NCBI GenBank assembly: GCA_903924465.1 | Contig: CAIYBN010000056.1 | Location: 1,291 to 65,290, forward strand | Origin: an uncultured Myxococcales bacterium | Lineage (GTDB): Bacteria; Myxococcota_A; UBA9042 | Reading direction: 5' to 3' | DNA length: 64,000 bases | Part shown: piece by piece, positions 8,955 to 18,765 of the stretch | Position numbering within the stretch: position 1 is the stretch's first letter | Layout: each line of letters starts with the position of its first letter | Translations under genes and position numbers: made by a program | The notes under the pieces: generated by a model | Told to the model about the DNA's origin: nothing | What the model saw: only the letters and a program-made list of their open reading frames with translations | The model's database searches: none

Positions 8955-10250
8955 CTATCTCCGTCCGCCGCGCAGGGCCGCGATGCCGGGCATCGGTTTG
9001 CCGCTGATGAACTCGAGCGATGCGCCGCCACCCGTCGAGACGTGTGAAATCAGCGGTGTGACGCCAGCCTTCTTCACCGCCGCGACGGAATCGCCGCCGC
9101 CGACAATCGAGGTCGCAGCTGTCTGCGCGATCGCTTTGGCAAGCGCCATCGTCCCGGCCGCAAACGCGTCCATCTCAAAGATGCCCATCGGCCCATTCCA
9201 CAGGATCGTCCGCGGCGCGCCTTTGCCGATGCCACCCGCCAGCATGTCGCAGTACGTCTGGATCGTCGCCGGTCCAATGTCCACCGCGATGTCGTCGTCG
9301 GCAAAATGGCCGTTGTCGACGATCCGCGATGGCGCATCCGCCTTCACTTCCTTGACCACCACGTGATCCTGCGGCAGCAGCACGGTCACGCCGCGCTCTT
9401 CGCAGCGCTGCAGCAAGTGCTTGGCCAGCTGGACGTGGTCCCGCTCGACCAGGCTCAGGCCCATGTTGTGGCCTTGCGCCGTCAGGAACGTGTAGGCCAT
9501 CGCACCGCCGATCACCAGCACGTCGACGATTTGCACCAGCGACTCGATGACCTCGATCTTGTCGCTCACCTTCGCGCCGCCAAGAATCGCCACATACGGC
9601 GACTCTGGGCTCTGCGTCAGCTTCGACAAGTACTCAATCTCGCGTTCCAGCAGGAAACCCGCCGCGCGCGCGGGCATGAGCCGCGGGAGCGCCGACACGC
9701 TGGCATGTGCACGGTGCACGCAGCCAAACGCATCGTCGACGTAGATATCGCACAGATCCGCCAGTTTCCGGGCAAAATCCTCGCTATTCTCCTCTTCCTC
9801 CGGGTGAAACCGCAGGTTTTCGAGCAGCACGACCTGACCCGGACGCTGGTTGGCGATGAGATGCACCGCCGCATCGCCGATGCAATCGTCGGGCAGCAGC
9901 ACATCACAGGCCAACAATTCCGCGAGTTTGCGCGCGACCGGTTCCAGCGAGTACTTCGGATTCTTCTTGCCCTTGGGTCGCCCCAGGTGCGAGCAGAGAA
10001 TCACCCGCGCATCCGCCTTGCGGCAGAACTCGATGGTCGGAATCGCGCCGCGAATACGCGAGTCATCCGTGATCACGTCGCCGTCCAGCGGCACGTTGAA
10101 ATCACAGCGAATCAGCACGCGTTTTTGCGCCAGCAGGCCCTCGCGGGTCGGCTGATCGCGGCTTTGTTCCCGGTTCAGATCGCGAATGGACAGGATGCCA
10201 AGCGCCCGGAGCATTGCCCCGGGTTCAGCCGCCTTTTGCGTCGTTTCCAT
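8955..10250 (-). CDS. pgk: Phosphoglycerate kinase
   Basis: VLIRCDFNVPL. GGGASLEF. Typical Pgk length. The exact start codon is uncertain (the ORF may begin at an internal Met). Confidence 0.9.
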   Translation of the reverse strand: METTQKAAEPGAMLRALGILSIRDLNREQSRDQPTREGLLAQKRVLIRCDFNVPLDGDVITDDSRIRGAIPTIEFCRKADARVILCSHLGRPKGKKNPKYSLEPVARKLAELLACDVLLPDDCIGDAAVHLIANQRPGQVVLLENLRFHPEEEENSEDFARKLADLCDIYVDDAFGCVHRAHASVSALPRLMPARAAGFLLEREIEYLSKLTQSPESPYVAILGGAKVSDKIEVIESLVQIVDVLVIGGAMAYTFLTAQGHNMGLSLVERDHVQLAKHLLQRCEERGVTVLLPQDHVVVKEVKADAPSRIVDNGHFADDDIAVDIGPATIQTYCDMLAGGIGKGAPRTILWNGPMGIFEMDAFAAGTMALAKAIAQTAATSIVGGGDSVAAVKKAGVTPLISHVSTGGGASLEFISGKPMPGIAALRGGRR

Positions 10251-10271
10251 GTGGCCTCCGCCGGCCGCGCG

Positions 10272-11315
10272 CTACAGCGCGGTCAGGATGTGATTCGCCA
10301 GCGCGTACAAGCGGTTGGTGTAGCCCCACTCGTTGTCGTACCACGCCACGACTTTGACCAGATTGCCACCCTGCACGTGCGTCATGCTCGGATCGAACAC
10401 GGAACCGGTCGCCTCGCCGATGAGATCCGAGGACACGACCAGATCATCCTCCACACGCAAGGTGCCCGCGGGGTACTTGGCCGCCGCGGCCCGCAGCGTG
10501 TCGTTCACTTCCTGAGTCGTCGTAGCCTTTTCGACCGAGACGACCAGATCGACCAGCGACACATCCGGAACCGGCACGCGCAGCGCAACGCCGTGCAGCT
10601 TGCCCATCAGCGCCGGCACGACCAGACCGATCGCCTTGGCGGCGCCCGTCGAGGTCGGCACGATGTTCTGGCTGGACGTACGACCGCGACGCGGCTCTTT
10701 CTTGTGCGGCAGGTCGAGTACGACCTGATCGCCGGTGAACGCGTGCACCGTCGTCATCACGCCGCCGACGACGCCAAACGCCTCGTGCAACGCTTTGGCC
10801 AGCGGCGCCAAGCAAGTCGTCGTGCAGGAAGCGGCCGAAATGACCGTGTGTTCCGGCTTGAGCGTTTCGGTATTGATGCCAAACACGACCGTCGCATCCG
10901 GTGCTTCTTTGGAATCACCCGGCGCGGAAATCAGCACGCGCTTGGCACCCGCGGTCAGGTGCGCGGCGGCGGCCGAGCGCTTGGTGAACTTGCCGGTCGA
11001 TTCGATCACGAGATCGATGTCGAGCTCTTTCCACGGCAACGTCGCCGGATCCGTTGCGGCGAACAGCTTGACCTTCTGATTGCCGACGGTCAGCACACTG
11101 CCGTCGAGCGAAACGGTGCCTTTGAACTTGCCGTGCGTGCTGTCATAGCGCGTCAGGTAAGCGAGGGCGGACGGATCGGCCAAATCATTGGCAGCGACCA
11201 GTTCAAAGGGGCAATTGGGATCGAGTGCTGCAACACGGGTCAAGCAGCGACCGATGCGACCAAAACCGTTGATAGCGACGCGGGGACGACGAGTGGCGGA
11301 CATTTTGGACTCCAT
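10272..11315 (-). CDS. gap: Glyceraldehyde-3-phosphate dehydrogenase
   Basis: INGFGRIGR. SCTTNCLAP active-site cysteine. 347 aa. First gene of the gap-pgk-tpiA-secG operon on the minus strand. Confidence 0.95.
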   Translation of the reverse strand: MESKMSATRRPRVAINGFGRIGRCLTRVAALDPNCPFELVAANDLADPSALAYLTRYDSTHGKFKGTVSLDGSVLTVGNQKVKLFAATDPATLPWKELDIDLVIESTGKFTKRSAAAAHLTAGAKRVLISAPGDSKEAPDATVVFGINTETLKPEHTVISAASCTTTCLAPLAKALHEAFGVVGGVMTTVHAFTGDQVVLDLPHKKEPRRGRTSSQNIVPTSTGAAKAIGLVVPALMGKLHGVALRVPVPDVSLVDLVVSVEKATTTQEVNDTLRAAAAKYPAGTLRVEDDLVVSSDLIGEATGSVFDPSMTHVQGGNLVKVVAWYDNEWGYTNRLYALANHILTAL

Positions 11316-11370
11316 AACGGGGAGGAAAGCCCCGTGGGGTCCGGGATGATAAGTCGATCGGCCGGCAGGG

Positions 11371-12225
11371 TCAACGCGGTGGCGCGCGACCGCCCGTCAA
11401 CGCATCCAGCAGCGCTGCCACCTGCGCCGACGTGTGTGCGACGTGCCGCAACGTGGTCGCTTGGGCTGCGAGTGCCACGGCCGCCAACGCAAGTCCGCCG
11501 GCACTCGGCAGCGCGCCCATTCCCACACCCAACAGTGCGCCCACGCCCGCCAGCACGGCGGCCACCTCCAGCACGCGCGTCCAGGTGTCCAACCCTTTGA
11601 GACGCCGCCGGTGCTCCAAAACCAGCGCGACAACGTGCTCGGTCTCCAAGGGTGGCGAATGCGCCGCCAGGGTAGAACGTGGGGCAGTCGGCGGCAGCGG
11701 GCGCGCAGGCTGCATGTGGGCCGGCACTGGCGGCCCGTGGCGCAGGATCTTGCCCGGCGGTGGAAACGCGACGCCGGATCCCGGCGGAATGGTCTTTTGC
11801 GGCGCCGCGGGATGCGGCACCCCGGGATGGGCGTCGTCCGGTCCGGCTTCAAACGTTTGAATGACGTCTGAACTTTCCTTCTTCCCACTCACCGGCAGCC
11901 GAATCGGATGGTCGGGCGCGTGCACCGGCGGGAGCAGCCCCTTCGGCGCGATCGTCCCGTGCTGGCCGGCCAGTGTAGAGTTGGTATTCGGGCCAAAAAC
12001 CGGTACGAGCGGCTGCCGTTCGACCGACATCGGCTCGGGATTCTGTCGCGCCAGGTCCGCCACCATGGGCAGCGCGCGCGACGGCGGGTGATCGGGCAAT
12101 TCCGGCTCGACGTCCGACGGCACGCGCGCCTGTGGCGGCAGCGTTCCGTGCTGCAGGAGCGTCACATCCGCTTCGCGCGGCGGCAGCGGCAAAATGGCCG
12201 GCGGGTCCTCACGGTGGCTGGGCAT
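11371..12225 (-). CDS. Proline-rich hypothetical protein with a C-terminal hydrophobic segment
   Basis: 284 aa ORF with PxxP-rich low complexity and a C-terminal membrane-like stretch (VLAGVGALLGVGMGAL). No recognizable domain; may be over-called. Confidence 0.35.
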   Translation of the reverse strand: MPSHREDPPAILPLPPREADVTLLQHGTLPPQARVPSDVEPELPDHPPSRALPMVADLARQNPEPMSVERQPLVPVFGPNTNSTLAGQHGTIAPKGLLPPVHAPDHPIRLPVSGKKESSDVIQTFEAGPDDAHPGVPHPAAPQKTIPPGSGVAFPPPGKILRHGPPVPAHMQPARPLPPTAPRSTLAAHSPPLETEHVVALVLEHRRRLKGLDTWTRVLEVAAVLAGVGALLGVGMGALPSAGGLALAAVALAAQATTLRHVAHTSAQVAALLDALTGGRAPPR

Positions 12226-12258
12226 CTGGGCCTCGTCTGGCGCGTTCGCTGAGGTCGG

Positions 12259-13671
12259 TCACGGCTTGGGGCGTTGCGGATTCGCGACCTTGCATTGACC
12301 GAGCAAGGTGTCCAGCGCCTGCACCAACGGTTGGCGCGCAGGTTCCGGCAAGTTAGCGCGCAAAACGACGCCGCGCAACGCATCTTCCAGGTCGATCGGT
12401 CGGCAATGGTTGGGCTCGCGCTCCAGATCGATGTTGTGACCCAGCGCCATCAGCGGTCCCAACGTCGCCGCGGACGGCAGCTTGCCCTTGGCCGCCGCAA
12501 ACAGCGTCGCGGGACTCAGCGGCCGCGCGTTGGCCAAATCCTCGCGTTCAGCGATGCCTTGCGGCTTGAGCGACTGGGCATAGCCGTACACGATCGCTTC
12601 CTCGGGAGTCAGTTGCGCAAGGCCAATCAGCGCGGCATCTGCATCACCGCGAACACCGTGCCGCGACGCGATCGCCTGCCACGCCACATCGGCGGTTTGA
12701 TCCGCGGTCTGGCGCGCAACCAGCACGGCGGCGTTGAGCGCAACAATCGCCAGATCGCCCGTGGCATCGCGCTGCATCGCGTCGATCAGGGACAACGCAT
12801 CCAGCCGCGCACCGCCGGCCAATTCGCCAATGAGCGGATCCTTGAGCCAGCCCTTGAACACGGGCGCAGTGACGACAAACGGCGTCGACGCGGGCGGCGG
12901 TGCGGCCGTACTCGCCTTTGACGGAGCACGCTGAGCGGGCGTCCATTCCGGAGGCGGAGGCGGCAACTGAATCGGCGCCGACAGGTTCGCCAGCTCATGC
13001 CCGGCACAGGCCGTCGCCAAACCGCGTGCCAACGCGTCGACGCGCTCGGCTGCCGCCAGACGCACACTCTCGGCACCGCCGTCGCGCGCACTTCTGGCCA
13101 ACTGTACCGCATGACTACAGGCGGTTCGCGCATCCGGGTCCGCCGCCGCCGCGACGAGCGCATGGGCAGCCCGAATCGCCTGGATCGTCGGCGCCTGCTG
13201 TTCGGCGTATTCCAGCAGTTGTAGCGCGCCCGCGTCACTCACTTTGGCCGACCGCGTCTGCAGCCGTTTCGTGTCAGCGCCCGCCGCCAGCGCGCGCAGC
13301 CAGCCCAGCACGAACGCCTGGCGGGCATTCAACTGGTCGACGTCGATGTCGCGGGCCCGCAGCGCACCGGACGGGCCGATCGCCAACCGCGCGAGCAAGC
13401 CCTGCGTGACAAATGCATCCACGGCGTGACGGGCCACGCCGGCCGCGCCCACTGCATCCACGACCGCCCACGCGCGATCGGTTGGAAAGCGCACATCGAG
13501 CACCTTTTCCCGATCCAGGAGGGTCAAGTAGCCTTGCGATCGCACGGCGAGCACCAGTGGATGGTCTGCGTATGCGGCGTCCACGTGGATGGATTCCAGC
13601 AGCAAGGGCTGTGGTTGTGCCAGGACCGTGGACGCAATGAGCAGGGTGAGGGCGACGAGAAATCGGGGCAT
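12259..13671 (-). CDS. Secreted hypothetical protein (signal peptide)
   Basis: 470 aa. N-terminal signal peptide MPRFLVALTLLIASTVLAQP. Ala-rich, no recognizable domain. Confidence 0.55.
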   Translation of the reverse strand: MPRFLVALTLLIASTVLAQPQPLLLESIHVDAAYADHPLVLAVRSQGYLTLLDREKVLDVRFPTDRAWAVVDAVGAAGVARHAVDAFVTQGLLARLAIGPSGALRARDIDVDQLNARQAFVLGWLRALAAGADTKRLQTRSAKVSDAGALQLLEYAEQQAPTIQAIRAAHALVAAAADPDARTACSHAVQLARSARDGGAESVRLAAAERVDALARGLATACAGHELANLSAPIQLPPPPPEWTPAQRAPSKASTAAPPPASTPFVVTAPVFKGWLKDPLIGELAGGARLDALSLIDAMQRDATGDLAIVALNAAVLVARQTADQTADVAWQAIASRHGVRGDADAALIGLAQLTPEEAIVYGYAQSLKPQGIAEREDLANARPLSPATLFAAAKGKLPSAATLGPLMALGHNIDLEREPNHCRPIDLEDALRGVVLRANLPEPARQPLVQALDTLLGQCKVANPQRPKP

Positions 13672-13858
13672 GACGGACTCCGCAGACTGGGCACACGGTA
13701 AACGGACGGGCCGCTGGAATCAATCGTGGCGCCGTGCCGGCGGTCTGTGACCAGAGATTCGATGGTGAATTCCGCAAGCGTATTGCGTTTGCGTGCTCTT
13801 GCGGCGACGATCCGCCGGCCCTTGTCCGGGCACGTGGAGACGGTGAGTGCGCAGCAGC

Positions 13859-14815
13859 ATGTTTCAGCGACGGTTTGTGATTGTCTCCGGCAAGGGCGGC
13901 GTGGGGCGATCCACGCTGGCGGCCTCGCTGGGTTTCGCCGCGGCGCGCTACGGCATGCGAACCTGCGTGGTGCAACTGAATACCCGCGACGAGCTGGGGC
14001 GCATCTTCGCCGTCGATGCCAGCGGTTACGAGCCGGTGCCCCTGGTCCCCGGGCTGCCGCTTTTCGGCTGCAACCTGCGCCCGGTGGATGCGCTGCGCGA
14101 ATATGGCCAAATGAAGCTGCACTTTCGCACGCTGCACAAATTGGTCTTTGAAAATGACGTGATGCAACGCCTGCTGCGGATGATTCCGGGGATGAATGAG
14201 CTCGTGCTGTTGGGCAAGGCTTGGCACATGGAGGCGCAGGAACGCGGCAGTGATGGCCAGCCAGCGTGGGATCTGATCATCGTCGATGCACCGGCAACGG
14301 GGCACGGCGTGTCGCTCTTGCGCCTGCCGCAGACGATTCTCGCCGCCGTGCCGGTGGGGCCAATGGCCGACGACGCCCGCCAGATGCAGGCGCTGCTGGA
14401 GGACCCGGCCCGCACGGCGCTGCATGTCGTGACCCTGCCGCAGGAACTGCCGGCGACGGAAGCGCTGGAGCTGTGCGATGAAGCGCGGCTCAAACTGGGC
14501 ATGCCGACTGGCAATTTGTTCGTGAACATGATCCTGCCGCCGCTTGTGGACGATCGCCAATTGCGGGCGATCCAGCGCGCGGAGCCGGAGACGCCGCTGA
14601 TGGTGGACACGGTGACGGCGGTCGCGGCGCACGTGCGCTGGCACGACGCCCAGCAGCTGCAAGTGCGCAGGCTGCAAAAGGCCTCGGCCTTGCCGGTGGT
14701 GGAGCTGCCGCACTTGTTTTGCACCATCGGCCGGGCGCAAATCGAGGTGCTGGCCGATGCGCTTGTCACGGGGATGGAAGCCGCCGAAAGTCGTCAGCGC
14801 GGAGCGGCGCGATGA
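13859..14815 (+). CDS. ArsA/GET3-family (ParA-like) P-loop ATPase
   Basis: Deviant Walker A FVIVSGKGGVGRST. ArsA-like length and motifs. Its stop overlaps the next start by 4 bp (ATGA). Confidence 0.8.
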   Translation: MFQRRFVIVSGKGGVGRSTLAASLGFAAARYGMRTCVVQLNTRDELGRIFAVDASGYEPVPLVPGLPLFGCNLRPVDALREYGQMKLHFRTLHKLVFENDVMQRLLRMIPGMNELVLLGKAWHMEAQERGSDGQPAWDLIIVDAPATGHGVSLLRLPQTILAAVPVGPMADDARQMQALLEDPARTALHVVTLPQELPATEALELCDEARLKLGMPTGNLFVNMILPPLVDDRQLRAIQRAEPETPLMVDTVTAVAAHVRWHDAQQLQVRRLQKASALPVVELPHLFCTIGRAQIEVLADALVTGMEAAESRQRGAAR

Positions 14816-16302
14816 GGCGCTGCCTGCTGTGGCTGGGCTTGCTGGCCATGAATCATGCCGCGCTGGCGGTTGAGCCGCGTGTTGCCGGCAAAGGACACGC
14901 CATGCAGATGCACAAACCGGTGGATGCAACTGCCGCAGAGGCCGCGGCGCGGGCGCGCGAGACGACCTACCAGCAGAGCGGCGCGCAGGTCCGGCTGCTG
15001 GCGGTGCTGCCGTACGGCGCGGGGGTGGTCGAGCACTGGCAGCTGGCAAACGGGCTGCAGATCGTGCTGGCGGTGGATGCCCTGGTGCCCGTGGTCGCAG
15101 TGCAATCGTGGCTCTGCGTCGGTTCGGCCGATGAAATCGCCGGCAAGACCGGATTGGCGCACCTTTTTGAGCACATGATGTTCAAGTCGACGGAAGCACG
15201 GCCGGCAGGAACGCTGGACCGCGTGCTGGAACAGATGGGCGGCTCTGCCAATGCGGCAACATCGCTGGATTACACGTTCTTCCAGGAAACCGTGCCCAGC
15301 GTGCACGTCCCGACCGTGTTGGACATGGAAGCGGATCGGCTGGTCAACCTGGATCTGACGGCGGCGGCGTTTCGCAGTGAATTGAGCGTGGTGCGCAATG
15401 AGCGGCGGGAAGTGGTCGACAACGATCCGGACGGGCAGATCGACGAAACGATGAGCGAACTGGCTTGGGGCGCGCACCCGTACGGCCATCCGGTGATTGG
15501 CACGGAGAAGGACCTGGCGGGGCTGAGCGTCGCGGACGCGCGCCAATTCTACCAAACGCATTATGCTGCTGGACGCACACTGTTGGTGCTGGTTGGCGGA
15601 TTTGACCCGAATGCGCTGCTCCTGGAAGTGATTCAACATTACGGGAAGTTGCCGCAGGGACCGACGCCACAACGACCAACTGCCGCGATCCCGACGGGCG
15701 CGGCGCAACGCTCGCTGGCGATTGATGCAGGTGCGGAACGACTGGCCATGGCCTGGCGCCTGCCGCCGGGCGATCACGCTGACATGGCCGCGCTGGATGT
15801 GTTGACGGAAATGCTGGCCAATGGCGATTCCACGCGGCTGGCGCGGGCGCTGCTGTACGACAAGCCGATTGCGTCCCACGCGTCGGCGGACTTGAACGAC
15901 GCGCGGCTGGGGAGCTTGCTGCAAATCCACGTGACTTTGCTGCCAGGGCAGGTGGCCAAAGAGGCGCTGGCGCGGGTTGACGCGACGATCAAGGCGCTCA
16001 ACGGCTCGCAGCCGATGACGGAAAGCGAACTGCTCGCAGCAAAAAATCGTTTGAAAATGGCGCATTTCAGCGCGTTGACCAGTGTCGATGGCCGTGCTGA
16101 ACAGCTGGGGCACTTTCTCGCGGGCTACGGTTCGCTGCAGCCGCTGCTGCGGTTCAGTGCGGACGTCGAGGCGGTGACGGTGGCCGATGTCCAGCGCGTC
16201 GCGCAAAAATACCTGGTGGCCGATCGCCGCGTCGTGGTGTTGGGTGAGATGGCGCCGCCCAAAGTCGCTGGCAAACGGCGGACGGGCGGGTCCAAGGGAT
16301 GA
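14812..16302 (+). CDS. M16-family (pitrilysin/insulinase) zinc peptidase, catalytic subunit, secreted
   Basis: Signal peptide MRRCLLWLGLLAMNHAALA. Inverted zinc-binding motif HxxEH (AHLFEHMMFK). About 500 aa. Confidence 0.85.
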   Translation: MRRCLLWLGLLAMNHAALAVEPRVAGKGHAMQMHKPVDATAAEAAARARETTYQQSGAQVRLLAVLPYGAGVVEHWQLANGLQIVLAVDALVPVVAVQSWLCVGSADEIAGKTGLAHLFEHMMFKSTEARPAGTLDRVLEQMGGSANAATSLDYTFFQETVPSVHVPTVLDMEADRLVNLDLTAAAFRSELSVVRNERREVVDNDPDGQIDETMSELAWGAHPYGHPVIGTEKDLAGLSVADARQFYQTHYAAGRTLLVLVGGFDPNALLLEVIQHYGKLPQGPTPQRPTAAIPTGAAQRSLAIDAGAERLAMAWRLPPGDHADMAALDVLTEMLANGDSTRLARALLYDKPIASHASADLNDARLGSLLQIHVTLLPGQVAKEALARVDATIKALNGSQPMTESELLAAKNRLKMAHFSALTSVDGRAEQLGHFLAGYGSLQPLLRFSADVEAVTVADVQRVAQKYLVADRRVVVLGEMAPPKVAGKRRTGGSKG

Positions 16303-17870
16303 TTCTGATGCCGCGTCACAGCACAGCCAACATGCTGCGAAATGGCTGGGCGGGCCTGTTGATCGTGCTGCTGACCGGTCTCGCGTTGCCTGACGCCTGG
16401 GCCAAACCGAAGCGAGGTGCCATGCCCCCCCTGATCGTTGTCGAGCGGCCATGGCCGCCGGTGGTGCAAGTGCGCGTGCTGTTGTCCACCGGGTCGCTGG
16501 CGGATCCACCCGGGCAGGAAGGACTGGCGCTGCTGACGTGGGACACCGCGTTGCGCGGCGCGGGTGCGCGAGATCGCGGGCAGATGGCGCAGGCGCTGGA
16601 CGCGCTGGGCGCGCACCTGGACGTGCAGGTGGACAAGCTCGGTGCCTCGCTGGTGGGTGAAGTGCTGCTGGAGCACTTGGACCCGTTCCTCGCGTTGCTG
16701 GCGGACACGCTGCTGCAGCCAAAGCTGGCGACCGACGACATCGAACAGGTGCGGGCGCAGCTGTTGGCGGACCTGACCCACCTGCACGACGACGACGCGG
16801 CGTTGGCGCACGACGCGGTCGGGCGCTACCTGTACCGCGGGCAAACGCTGGGCCGACCGACCGGTGGCACGGAAAGCACACTGCGGGCCATCACGCCCGA
16901 CGCGGTTCGGCAGTTCCACAAGCATTGCGTGGTCGCTGGCAACGTGCGGGTCGGATTCGCGGGCCCGGTCGACGAAGCGACGGCGAAGTCGCTGCTCGAA
17001 CGTCACATCGCCTTGCCCAGCGGCACGCCGCCCAAATTGACGTTGCCGCACACGGTGCACGACGGCCGGCGGCTGTTGCTCATCGACAAGCCGCGTCACA
17101 CGCAATCGGAGGTCGTGATCGCTTGGCCAACCGTCGCCGCACACCACAAGGACATGACGGCGATCGGCATTGCCAACGCGATCCTCGGCGGCACGTTCAC
17201 CTCGCGGCTGAATCGCGAGATCCGCGAGTTGCGCGGCTGGTCGTACAACACCTGGTCCGCGCTGTCGTCCGGGCCGCAGTTGACGACCTGGGCCCTGGGG
17301 TTCACGCCCGAGACGGCGGACACGACCGCGGCGCTGGAGTTGGCCGTCAAGATCCTGGAAGAAATGGCCGAGCAGGGTCTGACACCGGCAGAACTGCGCT
17401 TCGCCAAGGACTATTTGAAAGGCATGCACCTGGCGAGCCTGGAAACCGCAGAGCGCGAACTGGGCATGCGGATGCGCGCGCAGCAGCTCGGCATGGCGGC
17501 GGACGCGATCGACAACTACGCGGCGCATGTCGAGGCGGTGGACTACAAGACCATCCAGCGGGTGCTGCGCGAGCACATCAGGCCGGAGCATTTGACGGCG
17601 GTCGTCGTGGGCCAAGGGCGCGTGCTGGAGAGCAAGCTGCGGGAGTCGGCGGCGCAGTTTGAAGTGGAACTGATGCCCGCGGATGGCCAGCCGGAGCACA
17701 CGAGTGCCCGTGGTCGGGCGATTGGCAAGCGGCCGACCCCGGTGGAGGAAGCACCGCCACCCGCGGTGAACGACGATCCGGCCGACTCGCCGGAAGAAGA
17801 TGAACCCGGCGAAGGCAACGAGCCTGAAGACGGTGAAGACGGCGCTGTCTCGCCGGAAGGAGCCCCATGA
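16299..17870 (+). CDS. M16-family peptidase, second (probably non-catalytic) subunit, secreted
   Basis: M16 fold-like sequence lacking an HxxEH motif. Signal peptide. Acidic Pro/Glu-rich C-terminal tail. Coupled to the previous gene by a 4-bp overlap. Confidence 0.8.
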   Translation: MILMPRHSTANMLRNGWAGLLIVLLTGLALPDAWAKPKRGAMPPLIVVERPWPPVVQVRVLLSTGSLADPPGQEGLALLTWDTALRGAGARDRGQMAQALDALGAHLDVQVDKLGASLVGEVLLEHLDPFLALLADTLLQPKLATDDIEQVRAQLLADLTHLHDDDAALAHDAVGRYLYRGQTLGRPTGGTESTLRAITPDAVRQFHKHCVVAGNVRVGFAGPVDEATAKSLLERHIALPSGTPPKLTLPHTVHDGRRLLLIDKPRHTQSEVVIAWPTVAAHHKDMTAIGIANAILGGTFTSRLNREIRELRGWSYNTWSALSSGPQLTTWALGFTPETADTTAALELAVKILEEMAEQGLTPAELRFAKDYLKGMHLASLETAERELGMRMRAQQLGMAADAIDNYAAHVEAVDYKTIQRVLREHIRPEHLTAVVVGQGRVLESKLRESAAQFEVELMPADGQPEHTSARGRAIGKRPTPVEEAPPPAVNDDPADSPEEDEPGEGNEPEDGEDGAVSPEGAP

Positions 17871-18421
17871 GCGCGGATTGGACTTTGGACGACGTCGATG
17901 CTTTTGCCGCGCGGGCCCACCACGGCCAAAGGCGCAACGTCGGCGATGATAGCGCGCCCGAAGTGCCGTACATCGTGCATCCCCGCGCCGTGCGGGACGT
18001 TCTGCTGCTGGAACACCCCGACCCGAGTTTGCACGAGCCCTGGGTGCTCGCCACGGCGCTGCTGCACGACGTCCTCGAGGATTGCCCGGTCCATCCAGAC
18101 CAGATGACCGCCGCGTTTGGCTCGAACGTCTGCGCCGCGGTGCGGGCGTTGTCCAAAGAGATGCGCGAGGTCGACGGCGCGACGAAGACCGACGATCAGT
18201 ATTGGACCGTGCTGGCGCAATCGCCGCTGGTGATCCGCCAGATCAAGGCCGCCGATCGCGTGGACAACCTGCGATCGTGCCTGCGCTGGCCGCGCGAGCG
18301 GTTGGCGCGCAAGTACCTGGTGGAAACGCCAGTCAAGCTGCTGCCGCTGGTCGTGGACGATGCGTTCCTGTACGCGACCTTGGCGGATTTGCTGGCACAA
18401 TTGCGGCGGACCTATCCGTGA
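17867..18421 (+). CDS. HD-domain hydrolase of the RelA/SpoT type (small alarmone hydrolase-like, putative (p)ppGpp pyrophosphohydrolase)
   Basis: AHHGQRRNVGDDSAPEVPYIVHP...LLHDVLED matches the SpoT/Mesh1 HD motif pattern. 184 aa. 4-bp overlap with the upstream M16 gene. Confidence 0.7.
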   Translation: MSADWTLDDVDAFAARAHHGQRRNVGDDSAPEVPYIVHPRAVRDVLLLEHPDPSLHEPWVLATALLHDVLEDCPVHPDQMTAAFGSNVCAAVRALSKEMREVDGATKTDDQYWTVLAQSPLVIRQIKAADRVDNLRSCLRWPRERLARKYLVETPVKLLPLVVDDAFLYATLADLLAQLRRTYP

Positions 18422-18765
18422 CGTCGACTCGCCCGCAAGTCATCACACGGCGACAGGTCATCCATCTCAGGCACAAGCAACCCAAGCGCGTTGCGCCGTC
18501 GGTCGGATGGCTTCTGTCCAGGCAATCTTGATACTTTCTTGATCCCCATCTCAGCGGTCTTGCCATCATCCTGATCCGGGTGCGCCTATCGTGGCACCGT
18601 TGGCGGGCGTGCCAGCCTGCACGTGGCTTGACGGCAGCGGAGGTCGAGCGACTGATCCGTCTGTGTACAGAAGCGCCTTTTCTCGGCATCATTGGACCAG
18701 CGCGCGTCAACGTCCGGTGCACCCATTTGGCCCTGAACAAACGCCTTGTCGCTCGCTGGGTTGTG

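Noticed and set aside
9306-11600. 764-aa plus-strand ORF
   Set aside because: Antisense to pgk/gap.
14794-16881. 695-aa minus-strand ORF (also 16125-17699)
   Set aside because: Antisense to the two M16 peptidase genes, which have clear motifs. Pro/Arg-rich garbage.
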